Assembly (NCBI GenBank): GCA_050253415.1
Contig: JBFWJC010000004.1
Coordinates: forward strand, 128,001 to 192,000
Length of the DNA stretch: 64,000 bases
Direction of reading: 5' to 3'
From: Pedobacter sp.
GTDB lineage: Bacteria; Desulfobacterota; Desulfuromonadia; Desulfuromonadales; Syntrophotaleaceae
Shown: piece after piece, positions 53,141 through 62,716 of the stretch
Layout: every line of letters starts with the position of its first letter
Position numbering within the stretch: position 1 is the first letter of the stretch
The notes under the pieces: generated by a model
Databases searched by the model: none
The model's input: the letters and a program-made list of their open reading frames with translations, nothing else
What the model was told of the DNA's origin: nothing
Translations under genes and position numbers: made by a program

Positions 53141-54597
53141 GAGTCTTACTGATTGCCCCGACGCCCCCTGCCTGCCATTGGCCGCAAGGCGTATTTTTCT
53201 ACCCGGTGGTCCCGACAGAACTGGCCCACTGTGCAGCGCTGCTGCGCCAACACGGACATCAAGTACATCTCGAACAACGCGAAATCAGCCTGCTGCAGGA
53301 AAAGTTCGACTGGACGAAAGCGGATGCCCAGTTTGAAGCTTTACTGCTAAAATTCTTACCGGAACTGGTGGTCTTTTTTACCCCGACCGCATCGGCTGAT
53401 GAAGCCTTTCGTTTGGCCGATATAACCCGATCGTTTCTGGGGTCCTCCGCAAACATCCTGCTGTGTGGCCCCCATGCAACAGCGCTGCCGGAACAAACCC
53501 TCGCAGACTGTCCGGTTCTGGACGCGGTCATGGTCGGCGAATGGGAATGGACCCTGCTGGAGGCCGCGGAAAGGGGGCTAACCCCTGGTATCGCAGGCCT
53601 TCGATGTCCGACAGCGCCTCAAAAAGGCTGCATACCGCGACCGGCCTGTACCGAACTGGATAGTTTGCCTATGCCGGCGTGGGATCTGTGCGACATGGCC
53701 TATATCACCAACCGGCATCGTTGGCTGATTCGATGGCTTCCTTTACGGACCATCAATCTGCGTACCTCCCGCGGTTGCCCCAATGCCTGCAACTTTTGCG
53801 CTGCTCCGCTGACGGCCGGGGCCGGTGTCCGTTTCCATTCCGTGGAATACGTAACGGAAATGCTTGCTTACGCATTGCAAATCTATCCGGTCGAAGCGGT
53901 ACTGTTTGAGGATGAAACGTTTGCCGCGGATGAGTCACGTTTGCGGCAGTTGTGCGAAACGATACAAACACGGGGATGGCATCGCCGCCTGCAATGGGCC
54001 TGCTGCCTGCGCACCGACCAGGCGCGCCCCGACCTGCTGCGCGCAATGAAGGCCGCCGGCTGCATCCAGGTTGAATACGGATTTGAAACGGCAAGCAACA
54101 CGCTGCTGCAGGCCATAGGCAAAAATACCACCGTCGAGCAAAACCTTGCCGCCGCCCACCACACCAGAGAAGCTGGCCTGCGTGTTTACGCCAATATCAT
54201 GTTCGGGCTTCCCGGAGAAACGGCCATGGACATGCGCAACACAGTCAATTTTATCCGCGCCATACGCCCCGAAGTCATCTCCGCCTCCGCGATGGCCCCG
54301 TTCCCCGGCACAGCATTGTTTCGCGGCTTGAGCGCGGCGCAAAAAAAACGTCTGCAATGGGGAACGTTCACCTATCCGGATCAGTTTCGTTCCGGCTTTA
54401 ACCCCACGGCCATGACCGATGCACAATGGCGGAAGAAATACCTTCAGGTGCAGAAACACTTCATCAAGCCTCTGATATTACGGCAACTGCTGCGCGATGC
54501 GGAAAAGGAATCATCGGCCAATATCCAGCATTGGCGCAAACGATGGCGCCGTTTCTGCCGCCGGCACCCACTGAAAGCCTGGCGCCTGCCGGTTTAA
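53137..54597 (+). CDS. Cobalamin-binding radical SAM enzyme (class B methyltransferase-like)
   Basis: N-terminal B12-binding-like domain (CGPHAT, VGEWE), TSRGCPNACNFC (CX3CX2C), YGFET and FGLPGET motifs. Confidence 0.9.
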   Translation: MRVLLIAPTPPACHWPQGVFFYPVVPTELAHCAALLRQHGHQVHLEQREISLLQEKFDWTKADAQFEALLLKFLPELVVFFTPTASADEAFRLADITRSFLGSSANILLCGPHATALPEQTLADCPVLDAVMVGEWEWTLLEAAERGLTPGIAGLRCPTAPQKGCIPRPACTELDSLPMPAWDLCDMAYITNRHRWLIRWLPLRTINLRTSRGCPNACNFCAAPLTAGAGVRFHSVEYVTEMLAYALQIYPVEAVLFEDETFAADESRLRQLCETIQTRGWHRRLQWACCLRTDQARPDLLRAMKAAGCIQVEYGFETASNTLLQAIGKNTTVEQNLAAAHHTREAGLRVYANIMFGLPGETAMDMRNTVNFIRAIRPEVISASAMAPFPGTALFRGLSAAQKKRLQWGTFTYPDQFRSGFNPTAMTDAQWRKKYLQVQKHFIKPLILRQLLRDAEKESSANIQHWRKRWRRFCRRHPLKAWRLPV

Positions 54598-54766
54598 ATC
54601 TGCCCCGGCGCTCCATTCACATTCAACGACCCTGCCGCAACCGTTGCAGATCTCAAACCGTTTCCAATTTCGGATTGCCAAACCGAAGGTTAGTGCGTAT
54701 GTTTTCAGGTTGAAGTACTTTGCGGATACATGGAAAGCGCCCGCTGCCAACCCAAGGAGATCCCAC

Positions 54767-55783
54767 GTGCGTATCCTTATCGTCACCCCTGAACAACCAC
54801 GCACGACAGGCAACTGGGTTTCAGCGCGGCGCCAACAGAAAGGACTACAAGCCCTTGGCCACGACGTTCATATCGTCGAAGCCGGAGAATCCGTCCAGCA
54901 ACTGGAAGGGGTCATTGAAAAGTACGCCCCCGATGTAGTGAATCTACTGCATGCTTTTCGCAGTGGCAAACAATGGCTGGCATGCAAACAAGCCGAACGC
55001 ATCCCCATGGCAGTCACGCTGACGGGCACCGACGTTAATCATGGACTTGCACATTCGGAACAGAGTCCGACAATTCTGACCGTCCTGAACCAGGCTCAAG
55101 CCGTCATTACCATTAATGCCCTGACCGCCATGGCGTTGCAGAGGCGTTACCCCGACCTGGCCTTGCGCCTGCACCACGTAGCACCTGCCATCGATCCCGG
55201 CCACGAGCCTTATAGCCTTCGCCAGAGACTGGAGATGCCACAGGACTGCGTACTATTCCTGCACCCTGCCAGTATCCGCCCCGTAAAAGCAAACCTGGAA
55301 CTGCTTGAAATGTTCCTGCCGGTTGCCTCCGCCGAACAGTCCTGCCGGCTGGTTTTTTGCGGACCGATGCTTGATGCTGTTTATGGAGATCGCTTTTTTA
55401 ACGCCATGAAACTATGCCCATGGGCCCATTACGCAGGAGAAATCCCGGCAGGTGCCATGCCTGCCGCCATGCTGGATGCAGACATCATCATCAACAACTC
55501 GATCAGTGAGGGCTTTTCCAACACCCTGTATGAAGCGGCCTGTCTTGGGACCCCGATATTGGCCAACGATATTCCCGGCAACATGGTTGCTTTTGAATCA
55601 GGCCGGCAGGGCCTTTTATACGACACGCCGCAAAGGTTCGTTGAGCAAGCGCTGACTATGGTACGCAATCCGGAGTTGCGCCGACAGCTCTCACAACCAC
55701 AGCATGCGCCGCGTTCACCGCAGGAAGAAGCCCGGCAACTCGAAAAAATCTTTTTAGCACTCGTAGCACAACCCCGATTGTAA
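54767..55783 (+). CDS. GT4 (GT-B) glycosyltransferase
   Basis: GTG start with AAGGAG RBS; TGNWVSARR, LHAFRSG, TGTDVN, IRPVK and SISEGFSNTLYEA motifs. Confidence 0.85.
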   Translation: MRILIVTPEQPRTTGNWVSARRQQKGLQALGHDVHIVEAGESVQQLEGVIEKYAPDVVNLLHAFRSGKQWLACKQAERIPMAVTLTGTDVNHGLAHSEQSPTILTVLNQAQAVITINALTAMALQRRYPDLALRLHHVAPAIDPGHEPYSLRQRLEMPQDCVLFLHPASIRPVKANLELLEMFLPVASAEQSCRLVFCGPMLDAVYGDRFFNAMKLCPWAHYAGEIPAGAMPAAMLDADIIINNSISEGFSNTLYEAACLGTPILANDIPGNMVAFESGRQGLLYDTPQRFVEQALTMVRNPELRRQLSQPQHAPRSPQEEARQLEKIFLALVAQPRL

Positions 55784-55849
55784 TTCCCTTTCAAACTTGC
55801 CGGCTTCCGGCTGTAAAACACCATCGATTGCAGCACCGATATCGGCTTT

Positions 55850-57244
55850 TCAAATCTCGGCTTCGATCTTAGCCCCGATGCTGGATTGAACCCGACGCAA
55901 ACGAACGCCAAGAAAAACGGCCGAAATACTCAACCCGACTATGAGACTTATCCAGAATCCTCTTGCCCCCATCGGGACGCCCCAAACAGAGGTCAGCGAA
56001 AGGCTGTAACCCAACGGCATCGCAACCCCCCAGAAAGCAACCATTATCAAGACCAGGGGCATACGGGTATCTTTGTAGCCGCGCAGAGCCGCAACAGCAC
56101 CAACCTGGTAAGCATCGGAGACCTGATAAAGAGCATTCAGATAAAGCAGCCCTACGGCAATGGCAACAACCTGGCTGTCCCGCGTATACAAGCTGGCAAT
56201 CTGTTCGGCGAACAGCATGGTAAAACCAGCCGTCATGACTGCAACCAAAGAATTAATCAGTAATCCCGTTCGGCATATCCGTTTTGCAAGAGCGAACCGT
56301 TTGGCCCCGACCGCATGCCCCACCCGGATGGTGATAGCGCTGGCGATACTCAGGGGGACCATAAAAACCGTAGCTGAATAGTTAAGGGTAATCTGGTGAG
56401 AAGCAACGACCAACGCTCCCAACGGTGCCAAAAACAGGGCAATCAAGGCAAAGACACTCGATTCGACCAGCAAGGAGAAACCGATGGGCAATCCGAGCCG
56501 AAGAATCTGCATGCCACCTTCCTGCCCACAAGGTCGGGTAAAATCAAAACAATATGTGGCGGCATAGGCCCTGCCCCGTAAAATTGTCATCACCATACAG
56601 CCACACATAAACCATAGCGTAAGCGCGGAAGCCCATCCGCAGCCGACACCTCCGAGTGCGGGAAATCCGAGTTTGCCATAAATCAATACATAATTGACGG
56701 CGACGTTAACCGGTAGACTGGCCACCCCAATAAGCATGCTAGGGCGCACCAGACCTAATCCTTCGCTTAGATTCCGCAAAAGAAAAAACACAGCGGCTGG
56801 AGGCAGTCCCCATGCAATGGCCTTGAGATATCGAGAAGCAATTAAAGAGACCTTGGGAACAACTCCCATCATTGAAAACACCATATCGGCATGACGCAAG
56901 AGCAACATCGCCACCACAACCATCGGCAAGGCTACCCCTATGCCGCGTCGTACCAGCGGACCAGTTTGGTCGGTATGCCCAGAACCATGTAATTGCGCAA
57001 CCATTGGCGTAATAGCCAACAAAATCCCGTAAAGAAACAGGGAGACAGGAATCCACAGACTGCCGCCGATGGCCACCCCTGCAAGGTCCGTAGCACTGAC
57101 CCTGCCGGCCATGATCGTATCGGTAAAAGCCAGAGCCTGTTGCGCCAGATGAGCGACCAGGATAGGGCCGGCAAGTATCATCAGGGCTCGGCCTTCAATC
57201 TTAAAACCAGGCATGTGCGCCCACTTCATAGGAAACACAGTCAT
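55850..57244 (-). CDS. MATE family efflux transporter (NorM-like)
   Basis: Polytopic membrane protein with DTIMAG, LGGVGCGWAS, RVGHAVGA and LRGYKDT motifs. Confidence 0.92.
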   Translation of the reverse strand: MTVFPMKWAHMPGFKIEGRALMILAGPILVAHLAQQALAFTDTIMAGRVSATDLAGVAIGGSLWIPVSLFLYGILLAITPMVAQLHGSGHTDQTGPLVRRGIGVALPMVVVAMLLLRHADMVFSMMGVVPKVSLIASRYLKAIAWGLPPAAVFFLLRNLSEGLGLVRPSMLIGVASLPVNVAVNYVLIYGKLGFPALGGVGCGWASALTLWFMCGCMVMTILRGRAYAATYCFDFTRPCGQEGGMQILRLGLPIGFSLLVESSVFALIALFLAPLGALVVASHQITLNYSATVFMVPLSIASAITIRVGHAVGAKRFALAKRICRTGLLINSLVAVMTAGFTMLFAEQIASLYTRDSQVVAIAVGLLYLNALYQVSDAYQVGAVAALRGYKDTRMPLVLIMVAFWGVAMPLGYSLSLTSVWGVPMGARGFWISLIVGLSISAVFLGVRLRRVQSSIGAKIEAEI

Positions 57245-57418
57245 ACACCCTCAAAATGAAAAGCTCTCGGAATGCGGGAGGCGGTATCACAAGATACAAC
57301 GGTTTGTCGTTTGACTTTCAAACATGTAACCTTTACAAACTAGTATTTATGAAGGCAATGTCCTTACTTCGATTTTGCCCATCATCCAACGACACTACCA
57401 TGCAGCGAAAGACAAATT

Positions 57419-58162
57419 ATGGCGAAAAGTCCAATGAATTTTCGTAAAAAAGCACTTCACCTGCTCTACCGCATCCAAGGCAAGAGAGTCTTGCACTTCC
57501 TCCATTTAGGTAAAACAGGTGGGACCGCTGTAAAACACGCCCTAATGCAGGCTCCTTCGGGAAGAAGGCATGTCCTCTACCTACATTCTCACAATGTCAA
57601 ATTGGAAGATATTGCAAAAGGGGAAGGTGTCTTCTTCTGCGTACGTAATCCAACGGCACGCTTTATCAGCGGATTTTACAGCCGTCAGCGTCAAGGTCAA
57701 CCCCGCCATTTCAGCCCATGGAGCCCCGAAGAAAAAAGTGCGTTTGAATTTTTCAGCACCCCAAACCAGTTAGGAAAAGCTCTTTCCTCGCAGGATCTTG
57801 AGCTAAGGCAACGGGCGATCAATGCCATGAAAAACATTCAACACATCAACTCCTCATACTGGGACTGGTTCAAGGATGAAGAATACCTGAGATCACGCCA
57901 GTCAGATATCTTTTTCATAGGCTTTCAGGAACAGTTGACTGAAAACTTCGAAATTTTGAAAATACGCCTCGAAATTCCCGCAAACATCGAACTGCCAAAA
58001 GATGACTTCCATGCTCATCGAAATCCCATACACCTGGATACATCCCTTGAAGCACAGGCCGTTAAAAACATCAGGGACTGGTACCAGGATGATTACCGAT
58101 TCATCAAACTATGTCGTGAAATCGTTGACCAACAGAAAGTGGAGGAAAAGACCATCCGATGA
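57419..58162 (+). CDS. Sulfotransferase family protein
   Basis: FLHLGKTGGT (5'-PSB-like) and VRNPTARFIS (3'-PB-like) motifs; C-terminal Y..DY. Confidence 0.75.
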   Translation: MAKSPMNFRKKALHLLYRIQGKRVLHFLHLGKTGGTAVKHALMQAPSGRRHVLYLHSHNVKLEDIAKGEGVFFCVRNPTARFISGFYSRQRQGQPRHFSPWSPEEKSAFEFFSTPNQLGKALSSQDLELRQRAINAMKNIQHINSSYWDWFKDEEYLRSRQSDIFFIGFQEQLTENFEILKIRLEIPANIELPKDDFHAHRNPIHLDTSLEAQAVKNIRDWYQDDYRFIKLCREIVDQQKVEEKTIR

Positions 58163-58259
58163 TTTAATGACGTCTATACAGGCGTTGATAAATATTTTAT
58201 TGCAAAGATTTGAAGGGGAGGATGGATTAAAAGGAAAAAGAAGATAGGTATGGAAATTT

Positions 58260-58544
58260 TTAACAACAAAGTGAGTTTACTATTTTTCTATAACAGGGAA
58301 AGTTCTTACTTAGTTTTCCGGTTATCTCATTTTTATACAAACTAAAAACTTTAATTGCAAGGTCAGGGCATATACTTGCACAGTATGCACACCCAGCACA
58401 ATTACCTTCATCAGAAAATACAGCAGTATAAACATGCTGATCATTCCCTACATTTTTTAAGAATAAGAGATTCCTCGGGCATGAAACCGTACACAAACCA
58501 CAGCCCTTGCATTTAGAAATATCTATTTCGATATGAGCAAACAT
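58260..58544 (-). CDS. 2x[4Fe-4S] ferredoxin (2-oxoacid oxidoreductase delta-subunit-like)
   Basis: CKGCGLCTVSCP and CAGCAYCASICPD motifs; AT-rich DNA. Confidence 0.8.
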   Translation of the reverse strand: MFAHIEIDISKCKGCGLCTVSCPRNLLFLKNVGNDQHVYTAVFSDEGNCAGCAYCASICPDLAIKVFSLYKNEITGKLSKNFPCYRKIVNSLCC

Positions 58545-58740
58545 TTTTCACCCTAAGTAAATATTTCTTAACTGTACCTACGACAAAGTTATCAAGCAAT
58601 TGAAATCGAGTCAACATTTTACATATTAATAAAACGCCTCCCCCTTTTAAAAACAAACATGCAATTATCACGAATACCATACATGGATAAGATTACCATT
58701 AAACATAAACACAACCTTTATTGCCCCCCCCTGAAAATAA

Positions 58741-59967
58741 TCATACCCCATACCCCTGCAGATCTTGTGTCCACATGCACAGTTGATTGCGGCCACAGTT
58801 TTTGGCTTTGTAAAGTGCTTGATCCGCCAGTTCAATCAAGTTCTCGATCGAAGTTTGCTGCCCGGATTGCAAGGTCACAAATCCAACACTGAGGGTTAGA
58901 AAGCCCTCGTCCCGTCCCACAGGGATATCGGCAGATTCGATGCACTCCATAATTCTACGCCCGACTTGCTCGGCAATTTGACTGGATGCGTTCGGCAGCA
59001 ACAATGAAAACTCCTCGCCTCCATATCGACAAGCTGTATCTCCATTGCGCAAAGCATCGCCGATGATTTCACCAACCAGTGCCAAAATCTGGTCACCCAC
59101 CACATGCCCGAGTCGATCGTTTACTTCCTTAAAATTATCGATATCAACCAACATCAGGCTCAACTCCTGTCCCGTCTTGGATGAGTTCTCCAATTCCTGC
59201 GCTAACATAGAAAAAAAGTGGCGTCTATTCGGCAGACCGGTAAGAGGGTCCAAAAGAGACAATCGCTGTGCCTTTTCACGTTGCTGTTCCACCTCGGAAA
59301 GGGCCAGATATAGGCGGTCCGACTGATCTTGGACAGTAATTTTATGGATAAATTCCTTTCGCTGGGACAACTCCATGGAATAACAGGCAAACATTCCACC
59401 AATATTAAAGAAGAAAAAGATAAAAATATTATTAAAAAAAATGGGCCCCGGGGTATCAGTAAAAAAAATAGCAACCATAAAATACAGACCAAAGATGCCC
59501 CAAGAGAGGATATTGGACACCACCTGCTTTGGTTCAAATACATAATAAAACAGACAGCACAGGATTAACCCACCATAATACAGATGATTTCCAGGAGAAG
59601 ATGATTGCGCCATCAACAAAAGCAAGCCACCACCCGCAGCGAAACCATTCAGTAAGGATATAGCTGTCCAGTATTTCCTGTAAAGAGAGGTACCGATAAG
59701 GCAATAGGTAGCAATCAGCATAGGACATACAACAAAGAACCTGACAATGAAGCACAGAAGCAACTGTTCTCTCAGGAGGAAGTAATCAAGAACAAAAAAA
59801 ATTGCATATAAAAATGTCCCACCTAAATAAATCAACCTTGGAACAAAAAGGTTACTGAATACGACATCCTGCAAAAACTGATTTTCAAGTTTTCTATCTA
59901 AAAACTTCAGGGTTGTCCCAATGGAAACAGCATCTATAATCATTGAAAAATCTCCACAAGCTACCAC
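58741..59967 (-). CDS. Membrane-bound diguanylate cyclase
   Basis: Multiple TM helices, DPLTGLPNRR, DIDNFKEVND, RxxD I-site (RNGD) and GGEEF. Confidence 0.92.
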   Translation of the reverse strand: MVACGDFSMIIDAVSIGTTLKFLDRKLENQFLQDVVFSNLFVPRLIYLGGTFLYAIFFVLDYFLLREQLLLCFIVRFFVVCPMLIATYCLIGTSLYRKYWTAISLLNGFAAGGGLLLLMAQSSSPGNHLYYGGLILCCLFYYVFEPKQVVSNILSWGIFGLYFMVAIFFTDTPGPIFFNNIFIFFFFNIGGMFACYSMELSQRKEFIHKITVQDQSDRLYLALSEVEQQREKAQRLSLLDPLTGLPNRRHFFSMLAQELENSSKTGQELSLMLVDIDNFKEVNDRLGHVVGDQILALVGEIIGDALRNGDTACRYGGEEFSLLLPNASSQIAEQVGRRIMECIESADIPVGRDEGFLTLSVGFVTLQSGQQTSIENLIELADQALYKAKNCGRNQLCMWTQDLQGYGV

Positions 59968-60194
59968 ATATAGTGAAGCCCTTACTTTTGACGTCCATTA
60001 TTTTTTATCACAAAACCCTGTTTGTACTGCACAAACGACTGTAAAAATGGGGACCCTAGGAAAATTGGATCGGGTATATTGAAGTAAATGATCCACGTAA
60101 TCAGTGCCTGATAATGCCAGATGGCTCAAATAGATTTAGCACCGCGTCCTTTATACAGGCAGTGATAAAATACAATATTTGCAAGGCGCCACCT

Positions 60195-60210
60195 TGGCAG
60201 AAAAATTGCA
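60195..60210 (+). promoter_or_regulatory. Candidate sigma54 (-24/-12) promoter
   Basis: TGGCAGAAAAATTGCA, with correct GG-N10-GC spacing. Confidence 0.5.
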
Positions 60211-60295
60211 AAAAACCTTAACCTTAGGGGGGGGGAGGAACCGTTTAATGTGCTACAACCCCAACTTCGATATCCAACGGACACAACACCATGCA

Positions 60296-60311
60296 AGCAA
60301 AGTGCTTGCCA
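60296..60311 (-). promoter_or_regulatory. Candidate sigma54 promoter facing the diguanylate cyclase
   Basis: Minus strand TGGCAAGCACTTTGCT, with correct GG-N10-GC spacing. Confidence 0.55.
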
Positions 60312-60714
60312 TATTGCCGCAGCATCTCATATTAAGTTAAGTTTTCAAGTCAGGAGATTTTCTATTTAAATAAAATAAGGTAAAATACAAACCTTGGTTC
60401 CGGAACGTGCTAAAGCCCCTGGTGATCATTACCGTCCATACACCAGACAAATGTCGAACCTTTCCTGCAGCAGAATATCAAAGGTGTGCTTTGAAAAACC
60501 GAAGAGGGAATCCACAACCATGAAAAGGGTGAACAACCGGAAGAAATTGCCATTTTTTTAATATTCACTCATCATAACAGGAAAGATGTTGTATCATGCT
60601 AGCGAGGCGGGATCTTCATGGATTTTTCAAAAATAACCCCGACTCCACAATAACGCATTCAACATCAAGCAAATCGCCAGTATCTTTCAGCAATAAAACA
60701 GAACGAGACTAATC

Positions 60715-61680
60715 ATGGCTAGAATTCTTGTGGCTGGCGGAGCCGGCTTTTTAGGAGCAACCCTGACAAGAAGGCTCCTAAAATGTAACAACGAAGTCGT
60801 TTGCCTGGACAACCTGTCAACCGGTCATTACCAAAACATTCAAGACCTTATGACCAATCCCCGGTTCGAATTTATAAAAGCCGACATCCTCGATCCTATA
60901 AACATAGCCTTCGACAAAGTATTCAACCTTGCTTGCCCCGCATCCCCCCCTCAATACCAGCGCCTTGCCTTGCAGACTATTGATGCATGCACAATAGGCG
61001 TGCGCAACCTTCTCGAAGCCACTCGACGCAACAATGCGCGCATGCTGCATGCCTCAACTTCCGAAGTTTACGGCGATCCGGAAATTCATCCGCAGGTTGA
61101 AGGCTACCGGGGCAACGTAGGAACACTGACGGATCGCGCTTGCTACGATGAAGGCAAGCGCTTGTCCGAAACCTTATGTTACGAATATCATAAGCGCGAT
61201 TGTGCGGTACGCATTGCCAGACTGTTCAACACGTATGGCCCTTTCATGGATCCGGATGACGGTCGGGTTGTGTCGAACTTTGTCATCAGCGCCCTGACGG
61301 AACAACCCTTGACGATATATGGCGACGGATCACAAACCCGCTCTTTCTGTTATGTCAGCGATACCGTAGAAGCCTTGCTACGCTTCATGGATTTACCGGG
61401 TGACAATTTACCCGTATATAACCTCGGAAACCCCAGCGAAGTCCAAGTCGTCGATCTCGCGCATACCATCCTGCAGCTGACTGGCAGCAAATCACCGATT
61501 CATTTCCACCCTCTACCCCAAGCCGACCCAAAAAAACGCAAACCCTGTATCAAACGTGCGCGTCAAACCATGGACTGGCTGCCTCAGGTCAGCCTGGAAT
61601 CAGGACTTCAGCAGACGATAGATTATTTTACAAACACTCTGCAGCAGGAAAACACGATCCACCTTGCCGGGATAGCATAA
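60715..61680 (+). CDS. UDP-glucuronate decarboxylase (UDP-xylose synthase) family
   Basis: GGAGFLG, LACPASP, ASTSEVYGDP, YDEGKR, FNTYGP, DGRVVSNF and QTRSFCYV motifs. Confidence 0.92.
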   Translation: MARILVAGGAGFLGATLTRRLLKCNNEVVCLDNLSTGHYQNIQDLMTNPRFEFIKADILDPINIAFDKVFNLACPASPPQYQRLALQTIDACTIGVRNLLEATRRNNARMLHASTSEVYGDPEIHPQVEGYRGNVGTLTDRACYDEGKRLSETLCYEYHKRDCAVRIARLFNTYGPFMDPDDGRVVSNFVISALTEQPLTIYGDGSQTRSFCYVSDTVEALLRFMDLPGDNLPVYNLGNPSEVQVVDLAHTILQLTGSKSPIHFHPLPQADPKKRKPCIKRARQTMDWLPQVSLESGLQQTIDYFTNTLQQENTIHLAGIA

Positions 61681-61729
61681 ATCCGGTAATTGTGAGACCT
61701 CAGCTATTTATTTAAAAAAGGGGAAGACA

Positions 61730-62668
61730 GTGCTCGCATCAGTCCTCATAAATAACTACAACTACGCCAAGTTTTTGGAAGAGGCCGTCCTCTCTGTGCT
61801 CAACCAAACATATTCCGAAATTGAAATCATTCTTGTTGATGATGGGTCTACGGATAACTCCCGCCAATGTATCGAAAAACTTGCGGCAAACCACCGTTGC
61901 ATTACACCGGTTTTTAAGCCAAACGGTGGTCAGTTGTCGGCATTTAACGCCGGAGTAAACCTGGCTCGTGGCGAGGTTCTATTTTTTCTGGATGCGGACG
62001 ACTTGTATCATAAGGATTACATCGAAAAAGCCATGGCAATCTATAGCCAGCATCCAGCCTGCGATTTCATGTTCTGCGCCTTGGAGCAATGCGGTGCCGC
62101 AACTCAGCAAGTTATCCAGTCTTTCTCAGACAGGGTAACAGACCTGGGATATACCGGACTGATCACCTATACGCGCCAACTCTGGATCGGTGAGCCAACC
62201 TCCACACTGTCCATCAGACGATCGCTGGCCGATCAGTTTTTCCCTATCCCCTTTGAACAAGACTGGCGCATCCGTGCCGACGATTGCCTGATCTGGCTTG
62301 CCTCCCTGTACAATGGTCGTAAATTCTACCTCAAGGAACCGTTAGTCTTCTATCGTATCCACGGCAATAACCAGTTTTTCGGCCGCAAGAAAAACCAGAC
62401 GGAAGAGCACTACCGTGATTTATGCCGCGCCAAGCTGTTTATTCACGCATCAGAGCAGGTAAAACAATACCAATATATCCGAGGCTACCATCTGTATAAG
62501 GCGCTGCTGCAGGAAGCTACCACCGGCACAAAGAACCTGAAACTACTCAAGAAGTATCGTTTTGCTCTAAAAAACAATCAGGAACTTTCCATTTGGTCCC
62601 GATGGAAATATCGCAAGAAAATCGCAAGAATATTAAAAGCCTTCGCAAAATCAAATAAAAGCCAATAA
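61730..62668 (+). CDS. GT2 family glycosyltransferase
   Basis: SVLINNYNY, VDDGSTD, FLDADD and YRIHG motifs. Confidence 0.9.
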   Translation: MLASVLINNYNYAKFLEEAVLSVLNQTYSEIEIILVDDGSTDNSRQCIEKLAANHRCITPVFKPNGGQLSAFNAGVNLARGEVLFFLDADDLYHKDYIEKAMAIYSQHPACDFMFCALEQCGAATQQVIQSFSDRVTDLGYTGLITYTRQLWIGEPTSTLSIRRSLADQFFPIPFEQDWRIRADDCLIWLASLYNGRKFYLKEPLVFYRIHGNNQFFGRKKNQTEEHYRDLCRAKLFIHASEQVKQYQYIRGYHLYKALLQEATTGTKNLKLLKKYRFALKNNQELSIWSRWKYRKKIARILKAFAKSNKSQ

Positions 62669-62697
62669 AAAAAGGCCGCCCGAAGGGCGGCCTTTTT
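62667..62697. terminator. Bidirectional intrinsic terminator
   Basis: AAAAAAAGGCCGCCC-GAA-GGGCGGCCTTTTT, between convergent GT2 and fba. Confidence 0.9.
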
Positions 62698-62716
62698 AAA
62701 AATATTACTATCAGAA

